Positions 9,321 to 19,269 are shown, counted from the stretch's first letter. The stretch: 64,000 nucleotides of DNA from an uncultured bacterium (GCA_963804975.1 CAWDSG010000002.1:133288-197287), one strand, 5' to 3'. The notes: generated from the sequence alone by a model not told the origin. A program made the numbers and translations.

Positions 9321-9713
9321 ATGGAAATAACAGCAAAATTAAATGATTATAGGCAATCGCCGAGAAAAGTGCGGCTGCTCGTTAATCTGATAAAAGGCAA
9401 GAAAGTGGAGGACGCGAAAAATTCACTTACTTTTTTGATAAAAAGGGCGGCAAAGCCGCTTTTGAATCTGCTTGATTCGGCTGTGGCGAATGCAAAAAAT
9501 AATTTTAATATAGAAAGCGATAAGCTTTTCGTAAAAAATTTCAGAGTTGATGAGGGTGTCGTATTGAAACGAAGAAGGCCGAGAGCTCGAGGTATGGCAT
9601 ATCCGATAAACAAAAGAACAAGCCATGTTTTCATTGAACTTGATACCACGGACAATATGCCGGCCAAGAAATCAAAAGTTAAACGTATAAAGCCGAAAGA
9701 AATCAAAAAATAA
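9321..9713 (+). CDS. rplV: 50S ribosomal protein L22
   Basis: MEITAKLNDYRQSPRKVRLLVNLIKGKKVEDA...; operon position. Confidence 0.9.
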   Translation: MEITAKLNDYRQSPRKVRLLVNLIKGKKVEDAKNSLTFLIKRAAKPLLNLLDSAVANAKNNFNIESDKLFVKNFRVDEGVVLKRRRPRARGMAYPINKRTSHVFIELDTTDNMPAKKSKVKRIKPKEIKK

Positions 9714-9717
9714 TTTT

Positions 9718-10389
9718 ATGTCGCACACGGTACATCCATATTCACACAGATTGGGAATCATCAGGGACTGGAAATCCCGCTGGTTTTCGTCCGGCCAAAA
9801 ATACAAGGATTTTTTAAGGGCCGATACGATGCTTCGGGAATATCTTGAAAAGAAAATGAGGGGCCAGTACATCGCTTCCATAGAAATGGAAAGAAACGAC
9901 AAGACATTCAGATTGATCGTGAAGACATCAAGGCCGGGCGTCATTATCGGCAGAAGCGGAGAGGGCTCGGTCAAATTAAGGAATGAAATAATGAAATTTG
10001 CGGCAAAGAACGAACTTTCAATTCCGAAAGATTTTAAATTGGATATTGAGGAAGTAAAATCTCCGGAATCAAACGCCGCTATCGTTTCTCAAATGATTGC
10101 CGAAGGGCTTGAAAAAAGATTGCCGTTTCGAAGGGTTATGAAGCAGACCGTTGAAAAGGTCATGGCAAACCGCGATGTGAAAGGCGTAAGGATTTATTGC
10201 GGAGGAAGATTGGGCGGCGCGGATATTGCCCGCTCGGAAGAATTGAAAAAAGGAAGGATTCCACTTCAAACCTTGAGAGCCGATATTGATTATGCGGAGG
10301 AAAAAGCCCATATGACATACGGCGACCTGGGAATAAAGGTTTGGATTTATAAAGGCGATATTTTCAATGAAAAACAACGAACAAAGTGA
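9718..10389 (+). CDS. rpsC: 30S ribosomal protein S3
   Basis: VHPYSHRLGIIRDWKSRWFS... KH domain; operon position. Confidence 0.93.
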   Translation: MSHTVHPYSHRLGIIRDWKSRWFSSGQKYKDFLRADTMLREYLEKKMRGQYIASIEMERNDKTFRLIVKTSRPGVIIGRSGEGSVKLRNEIMKFAAKNELSIPKDFKLDIEEVKSPESNAAIVSQMIAEGLEKRLPFRRVMKQTVEKVMANRDVKGVRIYCGGRLGGADIARSEELKKGRIPLQTLRADIDYAEEKAHMTYGDLGIKVWIYKGDIFNEKQRTK

Positions 10390-10540
10390 GTATGTTTTTC
10401 TTGACCCTGTGAAATAGGATCAAGAATAAATAGTTTGCTTTATAAAAATAAATGATATATATTCAAAACAATTAAATATTTACAGTATTATTTCACAGGG
10501 TGATGATTTTTATATTCACTCTGTTCATTAAAAATCAATC
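10376..10540 (+). repeat. ERIC/MITE-like element copy B; 5' arm overlaps the rpsC stop, 3' arm ends at the rplP ATG
   Basis: AACGAACAAAGTGAGTATGTTTTTCTTGACCCTGTGAAATA ... TATTTCACAGGGTGATGATTTTTATATTCACTCTGTTCATTAAAAATCAATC + ATG. Confidence 0.75.
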
Positions 10541-10957
10541 ATGTTAGTGCCAAAAAAAGTAAAATACAGAAAAGCGCACACTTTCAGGGAAAATCAAGGA
10601 AAAGTCGGCGTGGAATCAAGAGGGACAAGAGTTTCTTTCGGATCTTTCGGCTTGAAATCGCTTGATGCCGGAAGGATAAAATCAAACCAGATAGAATCGG
10701 CGAGAAAAGCCATCGCCCACTTGATGAGCAAAAGCGGAAAAATGTGGACAAGGATTTTTCCTGACCATCCCTACACTCAAAAACCTGCCGAAGTCAAAAT
10801 GGGCAAAGGAAAGGGTGAGCTTCAGGGATATGTCGCTATAGTCAAGCCAGGAAGAGTGCTTTTTGAAGTGGACGGAGTTCCGGAGGAGGCGGCCAGGGAA
10901 ATGCTCCGAAAAGGCGGCACGAAACTGCCCGTAAAAACAAAAATTATCGCCAGATAA
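10541..10957 (+). CDS. rplP: 50S ribosomal protein L16
   Basis: MLVPKKVKYRKAHTFRENQGK...IFPDHPYTQKPAEVKMGKGKGE. Confidence 0.93.
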   Translation: MLVPKKVKYRKAHTFRENQGKVGVESRGTRVSFGSFGLKSLDAGRIKSNQIESARKAIAHLMSKSGKMWTRIFPDHPYTQKPAEVKMGKGKGELQGYVAIVKPGRVLFEVDGVPEEAAREMLRKGGTKLPVKTKIIAR

Positions 10958-10972
10958 TCGATCAAAATCACC

Positions 10973-11164
10973 ATGAGTATAAAAGATTTAAGAAAAAAAA
11001 GTATCGGGGAGCTCGAAAATGAACTGAAGGACAAAATCCAATCCCTGAATAATTTTAAGCTCGGCATATCAAAAAGTTCGGTAAAGAATGTGAAGCACGG
11101 AAGGAATCTTAAAAAAGAAATCGCCCGGATACTGACTCTTTTGAAAGAATCTCAAAAAGCATAA
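10973..11164 (+). CDS. rpmC: 50S ribosomal protein L29
   Basis: MSIKDLRKKSIGELENELKDKIQSL; position between L16 and S17. Confidence 0.85.
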   Translation: MSIKDLRKKSIGELENELKDKIQSLNNFKLGISKSSVKNVKHGRNLKKEIARILTLLKESQKA

Positions 11165-11181
11165 ATTGCAGCGTATACAAT

Positions 11182-11445
11182 ATGGAAAAACAAACAATAC
11201 AAAAAAATAAAGGAAAAATCTTGAAAGGCCGCGTCGTTTCCTCAAAAATGAAAGATACGGTAGTTGTTTCCGTTGATTCGTTCAAAAAACATCCGAAATA
11301 CGGCAAATTTATCAAAAGGCAGAATAAAATCATGGCAGATGACCTCGGCAACAAGCATAAAGAAGGCGAAATAATCGAGATAATTGAGACAAAACCGATT
11401 TCAAAAAATAAAAGATTTAAAGTATTGGAACGGAATTCAAAATAA
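11182..11445 (+). CDS. rpsQ: 30S ribosomal protein S17
   Basis: KGRVVSSKMKDTVVVSVDSFKKHPKYGKFIKRQNKIMADD. Confidence 0.9.
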   Translation: MEKQTIQKNKGKILKGRVVSSKMKDTVVVSVDSFKKHPKYGKFIKRQNKIMADDLGNKHKEGEIIEIIETKPISKNKRFKVLERNSK

Positions 11446-11454
11446 TTAAAATTT

Positions 11455-11826
11455 ATGATACAAGACAAATCACTCGTGCATATTACGGATAATTCGGGCG
11501 CCAAAATAGGCCGGGTTTTTAAGATACTCGGAAGTTCGAAAAAGAGATGGGCAAAAATCGGCGAGATAGTCGTCCTGTCCGTCCAGAAAGCCGAACCGAG
11601 GAAACAGGTAAAGAAAAAAGATATTCTTTACGGCGTCGTTGTCAGACAGAGGCAGCCGCTGAGGAGAGATGACGGTTCGTACATCAGATTTGACGAGAAC
11701 GCGGTTGTAATCCTTGAAAAAGGCAAAAAAGAGCCGATCGCAGGAAGAATTTTTGGCCCTATTCCGAGGGAAATCGCGGATTTGGGCTTCAAGAAAATTG
11801 CTTCACTTGCGCCGGAAATTGTTTAA
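11455..11826 (+). CDS. rplN: 50S ribosomal protein L14
   Basis: MIQDKSLVHITDNSGAKIGRVFKILGSSKKRWAKIGEIVV. Confidence 0.93.
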   Translation: MIQDKSLVHITDNSGAKIGRVFKILGSSKKRWAKIGEIVVLSVQKAEPRKQVKKKDILYGVVVRQRQPLRRDDGSYIRFDENAVVILEKGKKEPIAGRIFGPIPREIADLGFKKIASLAPEIV

Positions 11827-11837
11827 ATAAAATCAAT

Positions 11838-12137
11838 ATGAAAATCAAGAAAGGAGACAATATAATAGTCATAGCCGGAAAAGACAAGGGTAAAGTCGGC
11901 AAGGTGCTTGCGGCTTATCCGAAAAACAACGCCATTCTTGTTGAAGGAATCAATATGCACAAGAAGCATGAGAAGGCCAGGAAATCCGGTTCAAAAGGCC
12001 AGACAATAGACAAAGCTATGCCGATAAATGTTTCAAACGTTATGATAAATAAAGACGGAAAAAGAGCCAGAGTTGGCAAAAAAATGATCGGCGGAAAATA
12101 TGTAAGAATCAACAAAAAAACCGGAGAAGAAATTTAG
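11838..12137 (+). CDS. rplX: 50S ribosomal protein L24
   Basis: MKIKKGDNIIVIAGKDKGKVGKVL (KOW motif). Confidence 0.9.
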   Translation: MKIKKGDNIIVIAGKDKGKVGKVLAAYPKNNAILVEGINMHKKHEKARKSGSKGQTIDKAMPINVSNVMINKDGKRARVGKKMIGGKYVRINKKTGEEI

Positions 12138-12143
12138 AAAAAT

Positions 12144-12310
12144 AACGAGCAAAGCGAGTATATTTTTCTTAACCCTGTGAAATAGGTTTATGAAAAAATT
12201 AGTTGCTTTATAAAAAAATAAATGATATATATTCAAAACAGTTAATTATTTACAGTATTATTTCACAGGGTGATGATTTTTATATTCACTCTGTTCATTA
12301 AAAATCAATC
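12144..12310 (+). repeat. ERIC/MITE-like element copy C (≈97% identical to copy B), ends at the rplE ATG
   Basis: AACGAGCAAAGCGAGTATATTTTTCTTAACCCTGTGAAATA ... TATTTCACAGGGTGATGATTTTTATATTCACTCTGTTCATTAAAAATCAATC + ATG. Confidence 0.75.
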
Positions 12311-12880
12311 ATGATATCGCTTAAAGAAAAACAGAATAAAGCATTTGATGCGCTTAAGGAAACGCTTGGCCTTAAAAATAAAATGCAGTCGCCGAAAATC
12401 ACAAAAGTGGTTTTGAATGTCGGCACCGGCTCGTTCAAAGACAAGAACAAGAATAAAATTGTTGATGACCGGCTTACGAAAATTTCCGGACAGAAAGCGG
12501 TTTTGAAAACAGCAAAGAAATCCATTGCGACTTTCAAAGTCAGGGAAGGAGATCCGGTGGGATATCAGGTGACGCTCCGAGGGCCGAGGATGTTTGATTT
12601 TTTGAACAAGCTTGTTTATGTAGCTCTGCCGAGAATGAAAGATTTCAGAGGGCTTTCGGCAAGCGCCATAGACAATATGGGCAATTTCACCATCGGTATA
12701 AAAGAAAATACGATTTTTCCGGAATCATCAGACGAAGAATTGAAAGATGTTTTTGGAATAGGAATAACAATTGTAACGAATGTGAAAAATAAAAAAACCG
12801 CCAAAACCTTCTTTGAATATCTCGGATTCCCATTCAGGAAAGTTGAAGAAGCCAGAATAAAAAAATCAAAAAAACACTAA
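12311..12880 (+). CDS. rplE: 50S ribosomal protein L5
   Basis: SPKITKVVLNVGTGS...GYQVTLRGPRMFDFLNKLVYVALPRMKDFRGLS. Confidence 0.93.
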   Translation: MISLKEKQNKAFDALKETLGLKNKMQSPKITKVVLNVGTGSFKDKNKNKIVDDRLTKISGQKAVLKTAKKSIATFKVREGDPVGYQVTLRGPRMFDFLNKLVYVALPRMKDFRGLSASAIDNMGNFTIGIKENTIFPESSDEELKDVFGIGITIVTNVKNKKTAKTFFEYLGFPFRKVEEARIKKSKKH

Positions 12881-13016
12881 ATTACTTAAAAATATCCGCG
12901 AAATGCGGGTATTTTTCTGTCCAAGTCGTATATTTAGAGATTAATCTTTCCGTTGACTTAAGCATAGTTTCTTGCTAATATTTCCAAACAAGCTTTTGGG
13001 AAGCTTTATTTAATTT

Positions 13017-13202
13017 ATGGCAAAAAAATCAGTAATAGCAAGATCAAAAAAGAAACCAAAATTCTCTTCAAGGATCGTGAGGAGATGTTTCCGCTGCGGA
13101 AGAAAGCACGGCTATATGAGGGATTTTGACCTGTGCAGAATCTGCTTCAGGGAGTTTGCCAACGAGGGAAAAATTCCGGGAATAAAAAAATCATCATGGT
13201 AA
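13017..13202 (+). CDS. rpsN: 30S ribosomal protein S14 (Zn-ribbon type Z)
   Basis: 61 aa; [24 protein letters not shown] (C4 zinc ribbon). Confidence 0.9.
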   Translation: MAKKSVIARSKKKPKFSSRIVRRCFRCGRKHGYMRDFDLCRICFREFANEGKIPGIKKSSW

Positions 13203-13585
13203 CCGATAAAATAGGAGATTTAATAATAAGAATCAAGAATGCAAACCTTGCAAAGAAGGAATCGGTCTCTTTATATTCTTCAAAAATCAAGGAAACTGTT
13301 GCCGAAGCGATTGCAAGAGCCGGTTTTGTAAAATCAGTTTCAAAAAGCAAAAATGGAAAAATGCTGGAAATCGCACTTTTATATAAAGCCGATAAAACTC
13401 CAAGAATACAAAATGTGGAAAGAGTATCAAAACCGTCAAGAAGAGTTTACAGAAGTGTTTTGGAAATCAAACCGTTCAAAAACGGTTTCGGCGCGATAAT
13501 ATTTTCCACGCCAAAAGGCATACTTTCAGACAAAGAAGCAAGGAAGCAAAAAGTCGGCGGAGAGGCTATGTTTAAGATTTGGTAA
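13196..13585 (+). CDS. rpsH: 30S ribosomal protein S8 (start at ATG 13196, overlapping the rpsN stop as ATGGTAA)
   Basis: [24 protein letters not shown]... The track ORF starts at 13133 in the same frame. The ATGG-TAA overlap with the rpsN stop suggests the shorter start. Confidence 0.85.
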   Translation: MVTDKIGDLIIRIKNANLAKKESVSLYSSKIKETVAEAIARAGFVKSVSKSKNGKMLEIALLYKADKTPRIQNVERVSKPSRRVYRSVLEIKPFKNGFGAIIFSTPKGILSDKEARKQKVGGEAMFKIW

Positions 13586-13611
13586 CAATATAATTTTAAT
13601 AAAAGATTATC

Positions 13612-14145
13612 ATGTCAAGAATAGGCAAAAAACCAATAGATATTCCCGCGAAAACCGAAGTCAAAGTTGGCAATGGCATAGTTTCCGTCAAGGGCCCGCT
13701 TGGGGAACTCTCAAGAAATTTTAAGAAAGATATAATTGTCACGGTTTCGGGTAATAAGGTTGAATTGAAGCCGGCAAAGGAGAGCTTGGAAAATAACGCG
13801 CTCTGGGGAACTTACGCTTCGCATATAAAAAATATGATCGCCGGAGTAAACAAGGATTTCACCAAAAGATTGATTGTGGAAGGAATAGGATTCAAGGCGG
13901 ATGTCACACCAGCAGAGATAACTTTCAAGCTCGGTTTTTCGCACCCTGTAAAAGTCCAGATACCAAAAGGCCTAAAAGTGGTTTCCGATAAAGGTGTTCT
14001 TGTCATAAGCGGAACGGACAAAGAGCTTGTAAGCAGTTTCGCTTCAAGTTTGAAGGCCATAAAAAAACCGGAACCGTATAAAGGCAAAGGCATAAGATTT
14101 GAAAATGAAGTTATAAGAAGAAAGGAAGGAAAGAAAACAGCATAA
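13612..14145 (+). CDS. rplF: 50S ribosomal protein L6
   Basis: MSRIGKKPIDIPAKTEVKVGNGIVSVKGPLGEL. Confidence 0.93.
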   Translation: MSRIGKKPIDIPAKTEVKVGNGIVSVKGPLGELSRNFKKDIIVTVSGNKVELKPAKESLENNALWGTYASHIKNMIAGVNKDFTKRLIVEGIGFKADVTPAEITFKLGFSHPVKVQIPKGLKVVSDKGVLVISGTDKELVSSFASSLKAIKKPEPYKGKGIRFENEVIRRKEGKKTA

Positions 14146-14151
14146 AATAAA

Positions 14152-14502
14152 ATGAAAAGATTAACCGATAAAAAAACAAAAATACAGATAAGGCACAACA
14201 GGATCAGGGCAAAAATCTCAGGAACAAAAGAGATGCCGAGATTTTCCGTTTACAAATCAAACACTTCTGTTTATGGCCAGATCATTGACGATACAAAAGG
14301 CGTGACGCTTGCCGCATATTCCGCCGACAAAGCTTCGGGAAAAGGCATGCTTCAAAAATCAAGGAACGCCGGTATGGAAATTGCCAAGCTTGCGATCGGG
14401 AAAGGCGTAAAAAAAGTAGTTTTTGACAGAGGCGGTTTCATTTACACGGGCAAAATAAAAGCTTTTGCCGATGGCGCAAGGGAAGGCGGGCTTAAATTTT
14501 AA
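14152..14502 (+). CDS. rplR: 50S ribosomal protein L18
   Basis: RIRAKISGTKEMPRFSVYKSNTSVYGQIIDD... Confidence 0.9.
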   Translation: MKRLTDKKTKIQIRHNRIRAKISGTKEMPRFSVYKSNTSVYGQIIDDTKGVTLAAYSADKASGKGMLQKSRNAGMEIAKLAIGKGVKKVVFDRGGFIYTGKIKAFADGAREGGLKF

Positions 14503-14507
14503 TAATT

Positions 14508-15179
14508 ATGGATACGGAAATCAAAAAAACAGACAATGCAAATGCAACAGCTCCTGTAAATGCGGAAGCGAAAATTTCGGTGGCGAAAAAACCATTTCCG
14601 GAAAGAAAACCTTTCCCGAGGAAAGGGCCGGAAGGCGAGCGGGTCAAGAATCGCAGAAGAAGTTCCGGTGGCAGACCAGAGAGAGTAAAGCCGGAATTTG
14701 ACCAGAAAATTTTGAATATAAGAAGAGTGACCAGAGTCACCAAAGGCGGGAAAAGGATGAATTTCAGCGTCTGTGTCGCTGTTGGCAATAAAAAGGGCTC
14801 TGTCGGAGTAGGCACGGGCAAAGCAAATGACACTTCGGCCGCGATAGACAAGGCCTACAGAAACGCAAAGAAAAATGTTATACAGCTGAATCTGACCAAA
14901 CAGATGTCCATTCCTCACGATGTCAGCGCAAAGTATTGCAGCGGAAAGGTCTCAATAATACCGGCTCCGGGGAGGGGAGTTTCTGCGGGAAGCGCTTTGA
15001 AAAATGTTATCGAACTTGCCGGCATCAATGATGTGACAGGAAAAATAATTTCTCCGTCAAAGAATAAATTAAATATTTCAAAAGCGGCTATTTTGGCTTT
15101 ATCCGCTTTTGACAAGAAAAAAATTGCCGCACCGCAAAAAACAGAAGCAAAACTAGCTGAAGAAAAAACCGAAAAATAA
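14508..15179 (+). CDS. rpsE: 30S ribosomal protein S5 (N- and C-terminal extensions)
   Basis: RRVTRVTKGGKRMNFSVCVAVGNKKGSVGVGTGKANDTSAAIDKAYRNAKKN. Confidence 0.93.
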   Translation: MDTEIKKTDNANATAPVNAEAKISVAKKPFPERKPFPRKGPEGERVKNRRRSSGGRPERVKPEFDQKILNIRRVTRVTKGGKRMNFSVCVAVGNKKGSVGVGTGKANDTSAAIDKAYRNAKKNVIQLNLTKQMSIPHDVSAKYCSGKVSIIPAPGRGVSAGSALKNVIELAGINDVTGKIISPSKNKLNISKAAILALSAFDKKKIAAPQKTEAKLAEEKTEK

Positions 15180-15300
15180 CAAATATTACTTGTCCCGTTG
15201 TAAATTACGGACAAATGGTATAAATTAAAATAATAATCAATCATTGAATAAATAAGATAAATTAACAAAACATTAGTAGCTTTAAAATTTTACAACTGGG

Positions 15301-15732
15301 ATGAAAATACACGAGCTTAAAAGAATAACAAAAAATAAAAAGTTTACCGTTGTCGGCAGAGGCGGCAAAAGAGGAAAAACCTCCGGCAGGGGAGGAAAAG
15401 GCCAGACAGCGCGCGCCGGGCACAAAGCAAGACCTGAAATGAGGGATATTATCAAGAGAATGCCGAAACTCAGAGGATATTCTTTCAAAGGAAGAGCTAA
15501 AAAACCGATTATCATCAATATAAGCGATCTTGAGGCTGTTTTTGCAAATGATTCAAAAATCACACCAAAAATTCTTGTTGAAAAAGGCGTTGTGGAAATG
15601 AATGCCGGCAAAAATCCGGTAATAAAAATCCTGGCTTCAGGCGATCTTACAAAGAAACTTCTTGTTTCAAAGTGCGCCGTTTCAGGAGAAGCAAAAGAAA
15701 AAATAGAAAAAGCGGGCGGCAAGGTTTTATAA
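15301..15732 (+). CDS. rplO: 50S ribosomal protein L15 (no L30 gene between S5 and L15)
   Basis: GRGGKRGKTSGRGGKGQTARAGHKARPE... Confidence 0.9.
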   Translation: MKIHELKRITKNKKFTVVGRGGKRGKTSGRGGKGQTARAGHKARPEMRDIIKRMPKLRGYSFKGRAKKPIIINISDLEAVFANDSKITPKILVEKGVVEMNAGKNPVIKILASGDLTKKLLVSKCAVSGEAKEKIEKAGGKVL

Positions 15733-15742
15733 TTAAATTTAT

Positions 15743-17014
15743 ATGAATTTTTGGAGCAAACTCAAAATGATTTTGGAAGACAAAGGTCTGAGGAACAGAT
15801 TGCTCTTTTTGGCGCTTGCGCTTGTCATCTCAAGGCTTCTTTCAACAGTCCCTATTCCTGGGATAGACGCGGCGAAACTGAACGAATTTTTTTCCGGAAG
15901 CGAATTTTTCAGTTTCCTGAATATTTTTTCGGGCGGCGGCATGTCACATCTTTCCATCGTTATGCTCGGAGTCAGCCCTTACATTACCGCTTCGGTTGCA
16001 ATGCAGCTTTTGACCATGGTATCGGGAAAATTAAAATCAATGTATCAGGAAGAAGGCGAAGCCGGCAGAAGCAAATTCAATCAGATATCGCGTATCATTA
16101 CGGTGCCAATCGCTTTTGTGCAAGCATTCGGCTTTTTGATGCTCTTGGCAAACTCCGGGATTATTTCAAATCTCAGCCATATCCAGCTTTTGGTCAATGT
16201 TATCGTCATTACCGCCGGCTCAATACTCTTTATGTGGATCGGCGAACTTATGACGGAATTCGGCATCGGAAACGGCATCTCGCTTCTTATTTTTGCCGGC
16301 ATCGTCGCAAGATTGCCTAGTACGATTACGCAATTGAGCCTAACATTCAGCATATCGCAAATTCCGATGTATCTTTTGTTTGCCGCATTTTCTCTGATTG
16401 TCATATACGGAGTGGTGTTCATTTCCGAGGCAGAAAGGCCGGTGCCGGTCACTTACGCAAAGACAATAAGAGGATCAAAAGTTTCCGGCGGGATTTCAAC
16501 GTATCTGCCTCTGCGGGTAAGCCAGGCAGGAGTGATGCCGATTATTTTCGGTATGTCCATTCTTCTCTTTCCTCAGATGATATTCAAATTTCTTGCGTCG
16601 GCCCATGTCAGTGCGGCTATAAAATCAATATCTGCCACGCTCAACAACTGGATGTCAAATCAATTAATCTATGCGATACTGTATTTTATTCTTGTTTTTC
16701 TTTTTACGTATTTTTACACCGCCGTTACATTCGATCCCGACCAAATATCGAAAAATCTCCAGCAATCCGGAGCGTTCATTCCGGGAGTCAGGCCGGGACA
16801 GTCCACATCGGAGTATTTGGGCAAAGTGCTTACGAGAATCACGCTTCTTGGGGCGGTATTTCTTAGCGTTGTTGCCGTATTGCCGCTTGCCGTCAGGTCA
16901 ATTACCGGCATCGCTTCGCTTGCCGTGGGAGGCACGGCGCTTCTTATCGTCGTGACTGTGGTAATAGATCTTATCAAGAAAGTTGATGCGCAGATTACAA
17001 TGAGGGAATATTAA
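15743..17014 (+). CDS. secY: preprotein translocase subunit SecY
   Basis: 10-TM protein, LLSTVPIPGID...; follows rplO. Confidence 0.93.
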   Translation: MNFWSKLKMILEDKGLRNRLLFLALALVISRLLSTVPIPGIDAAKLNEFFSGSEFFSFLNIFSGGGMSHLSIVMLGVSPYITASVAMQLLTMVSGKLKSMYQEEGEAGRSKFNQISRIITVPIAFVQAFGFLMLLANSGIISNLSHIQLLVNVIVITAGSILFMWIGELMTEFGIGNGISLLIFAGIVARLPSTITQLSLTFSISQIPMYLLFAAFSLIVIYGVVFISEAERPVPVTYAKTIRGSKVSGGISTYLPLRVSQAGVMPIIFGMSILLFPQMIFKFLASAHVSAAIKSISATLNNWMSNQLIYAILYFILVFLFTYFYTAVTFDPDQISKNLQQSGAFIPGVRPGQSTSEYLGKVLTRITLLGAVFLSVVAVLPLAVRSITGIASLAVGGTALLIVVTVVIDLIKKVDAQITMREY

Positions 17015-17021
17015 AAACAAC

Positions 17022-17663
17022 TTGCAGTTTTTTATGTTTAATTTATTTAAAAAAGAAAATAAAAAATATGCCAACTTCGCGCCTATGGCATATGTTTTTA
17101 TCGGCAGATCCGGTTCCGGCAAAGGTACACAGGTGCAATTGCTCAAGGACGAATTTGAAAAAAGAAATGTCAGGGTTCTTCATATAGAAACAGGTTCTCT
17201 TTTGCGCGAATACGCAAAAGGCGGTTCCTATGTGCAAAAAATCGTGAAAAATATAATGCAGACGGGACATCTTGTACCCGACCCGGTTGTTATCGGTTTG
17301 TGGATGAACTATACCACCGGCAACTTTACCGGAAAAGAACAGATTATTTTTGACGGCGCTCCCAGGAAACTCGTGGAAGCGGTATTTCTTGACAGCACTA
17401 TGAGATTCCTGCAGATTCAAAAATATAAAATCATTTATATAGATGTCAGCCGGGAAAGCTGCATCAAACGGCTTACGGAAAGGAACAGAAACGACGATAC
17501 GGCGTCTGCTATAGAAAACAGAATGAATTGGTTTGATAATGATGTAATGCCGGCGGTTGAATTTTTCAGAAAAAACAAAGATTGCATTGTTTTGGATATC
17601 AACGGAGAGCAAAGCATTCCTGCCATTCACGATGAAATTATGAGAAAATTGCATCTTGTATAG
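17022..17663 (+). CDS. adk: adenylate kinase (true start possibly Met at ~17085, MAYVFIGRSGSGKGTQ)
   Basis: P-loop GRSGSGKGTQ; position after secY. Confidence 0.85.
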   Translation: MQFFMFNLFKKENKKYANFAPMAYVFIGRSGSGKGTQVQLLKDEFEKRNVRVLHIETGSLLREYAKGGSYVQKIVKNIMQTGHLVPDPVVIGLWMNYTTGNFTGKEQIIFDGAPRKLVEAVFLDSTMRFLQIQKYKIIYIDVSRESCIKRLTERNRNDDTASAIENRMNWFDNDVMPAVEFFRKNKDCIVLDINGEQSIPAIHDEIMRKLHLV

Positions 17664-18434
17664 ATGATTACCATAAAAACAAAAGAAGAAATAAAAATAT
17701 TGCGCGAAGGAGGAAGGCATCTGGCGGCTATCTTGGAAAAACTCGTGAAAGCGGTGAAGCCGGGAGTTTCCACCGATGATTTGGATAAGCTTGCCCGCAA
17801 GCTCGTGAAAGAAAACGGAGATATCCCCTCACTTTTAGGTTACAGGCCGAAAGGCGCAAAAAGGCCATATCCGGCCGCCGTTTGCATTTCACTCAATGAC
17901 GAGGTTGTCCACGGGATACCGAATGAATTTCCGAAAATTCTCAAAGACGGCGATATGATTTCTTTTGATATGTGCCTTACCCATAAAGGCCTTATAACCG
18001 ATTCCACCGTTACCGCGCCTGTGGGAAAAATTGATGCCGGAGCGCAAAAATTGATAAATGTCACAAAAAATGCTTTATATGCGGGCATTAAAGCGGCGAG
18101 AGGAAACAAGCATATCGGCGATATCGGTTTTGAGGTTGAGCGCACCGCCAAAGCAAACGGTTTTTCGGTTATTGAAGATCTTTGCGGGCACGGCGTAGGA
18201 TATGGCGTGCATGAAGATCCTCAAGTCCCGAACTTCGGCAGCAAAGGAAAAGGAGAAAAGTTAAAACCGGGAATGGTCATTGCGATAGAACCGATGCTTG
18301 CGGAAGGCGATAAAAATATATATCTGGACAAAGACGGCTATACATATAAAACAGTGGACGGTTCGCGAAGCGCGCATTTTGAACATACGGTTGCTATTAC
18401 GAACGGCGAGCCGGAGATATTGACAAAAATCTAG
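17664..18434 (+). CDS. map: type I methionine aminopeptidase
   Basis: MITIKTKEEIKILREGGRHLAAIL...; metal-binding D/H/E residues; position after adk. Confidence 0.9.
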   Translation: MITIKTKEEIKILREGGRHLAAILEKLVKAVKPGVSTDDLDKLARKLVKENGDIPSLLGYRPKGAKRPYPAAVCISLNDEVVHGIPNEFPKILKDGDMISFDMCLTHKGLITDSTVTAPVGKIDAGAQKLINVTKNALYAGIKAARGNKHIGDIGFEVERTAKANGFSVIEDLCGHGVGYGVHEDPQVPNFGSKGKGEKLKPGMVIAIEPMLAEGDKNIYLDKDGYTYKTVDGSRSAHFEHTVAITNGEPEILTKI

Positions 18435-18584
18435 AATAGTGTATACTATTAGTAGTTCTTTTAAATTAACTTGCAAAAATAGTCATAGCCAAAAGCCCTT
18501 AAATTATTGAGATTTTCTGGCTATGACTATATTTGATGTTCGGTCAAAGCTCCTACCTCGGATTAGAGGAATTTAAAATGCGCA

Positions 18585-19269
18585 ATGAAGCGCAGAAGGA
18601 GCAGTATCATGGAGAAGCCAGCATTTGTAACTGCCGATGTAACGCAGGGAACGCTGAACGCTCTGGTGAAAAACATCATGAGCCAGACGGGAGCAACTGA
18701 TCCGAACGAAGCGGTCAGGCTCGTCAACTCGGGGACATGGGCTCTCAAGCAGGTCACCAAGTGGTACGGAAAAAGACGGCGTGATTTACTTCACCCTCGT
18801 TTCAAACGGAATGACGGGCAAGGAGTGGATCAAGCACTTTGAGGCGAAGGGAATCAACGTTGGCGACTATGCCAAACAACTCCTTTTGTCCAAAGCTTTC
18901 AAGCCGAGCAAAAAGGGCACGATCTACAATATAGCGGTCATCAAAGGGGAGTTTTTCTCCGATGACAACCGCATCACGTCAAACATTCGGGAAGAGGCAG
19001 ACAAACGCAAGTTTGGAAAGCCGAATGCCGAAGTTTCGCCCCTCACCCGAGACATGTTCACGAACGAGGAGATCAAGGCGATGGGTCTTTACTGGATCGT
19101 GCCGATGCACGAACCCATCAAGGATTCTGACGGCGATCCTAGCTTGCTCGGTGCGGGCCGTCGCGATGGCAGGCCGTGGCTCGGTGCGTATGACGGCAGG
19201 TCTGACAGCAGGTGGGGTCGTGAGGACGGGTTCGCTTTTTTGGCTCCGCAAGTTAGTTCTCAAAACTAA
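18585..19269 (+). CDS. DGR target (variable) protein; reading frame broken at an A5 run (18770-18774); C-terminal variable repeat
   Basis: ORFs 18585..18842 and 18781..19269 fuse (…VTKWYGK|DGVIYFTLVSNG…) if one A is removed from GGAAAAAGAC. GC content is higher than in flanking DNA. VR at 19126-19249. Confidence 0.7.
19126..19249 (+). other. DGR variable repeat (VR), 124 bp, at the 3' end of the target gene
   Basis: Identical to the TR except at 16 positions, all with A in the TR. The 3' end TTCGCTTTTTTGGCTCCGC is conserved (IMH-like). Confidence 0.9.

Noticed and set aside
15751-16320. 189-aa +2-frame ORF inside secY, and other alternate-frame ORFs within ribosomal protein, adk and map genes
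   Set aside because: They are Arg/Gly-rich translations of the wrong frame of conserved genes; no independent support.
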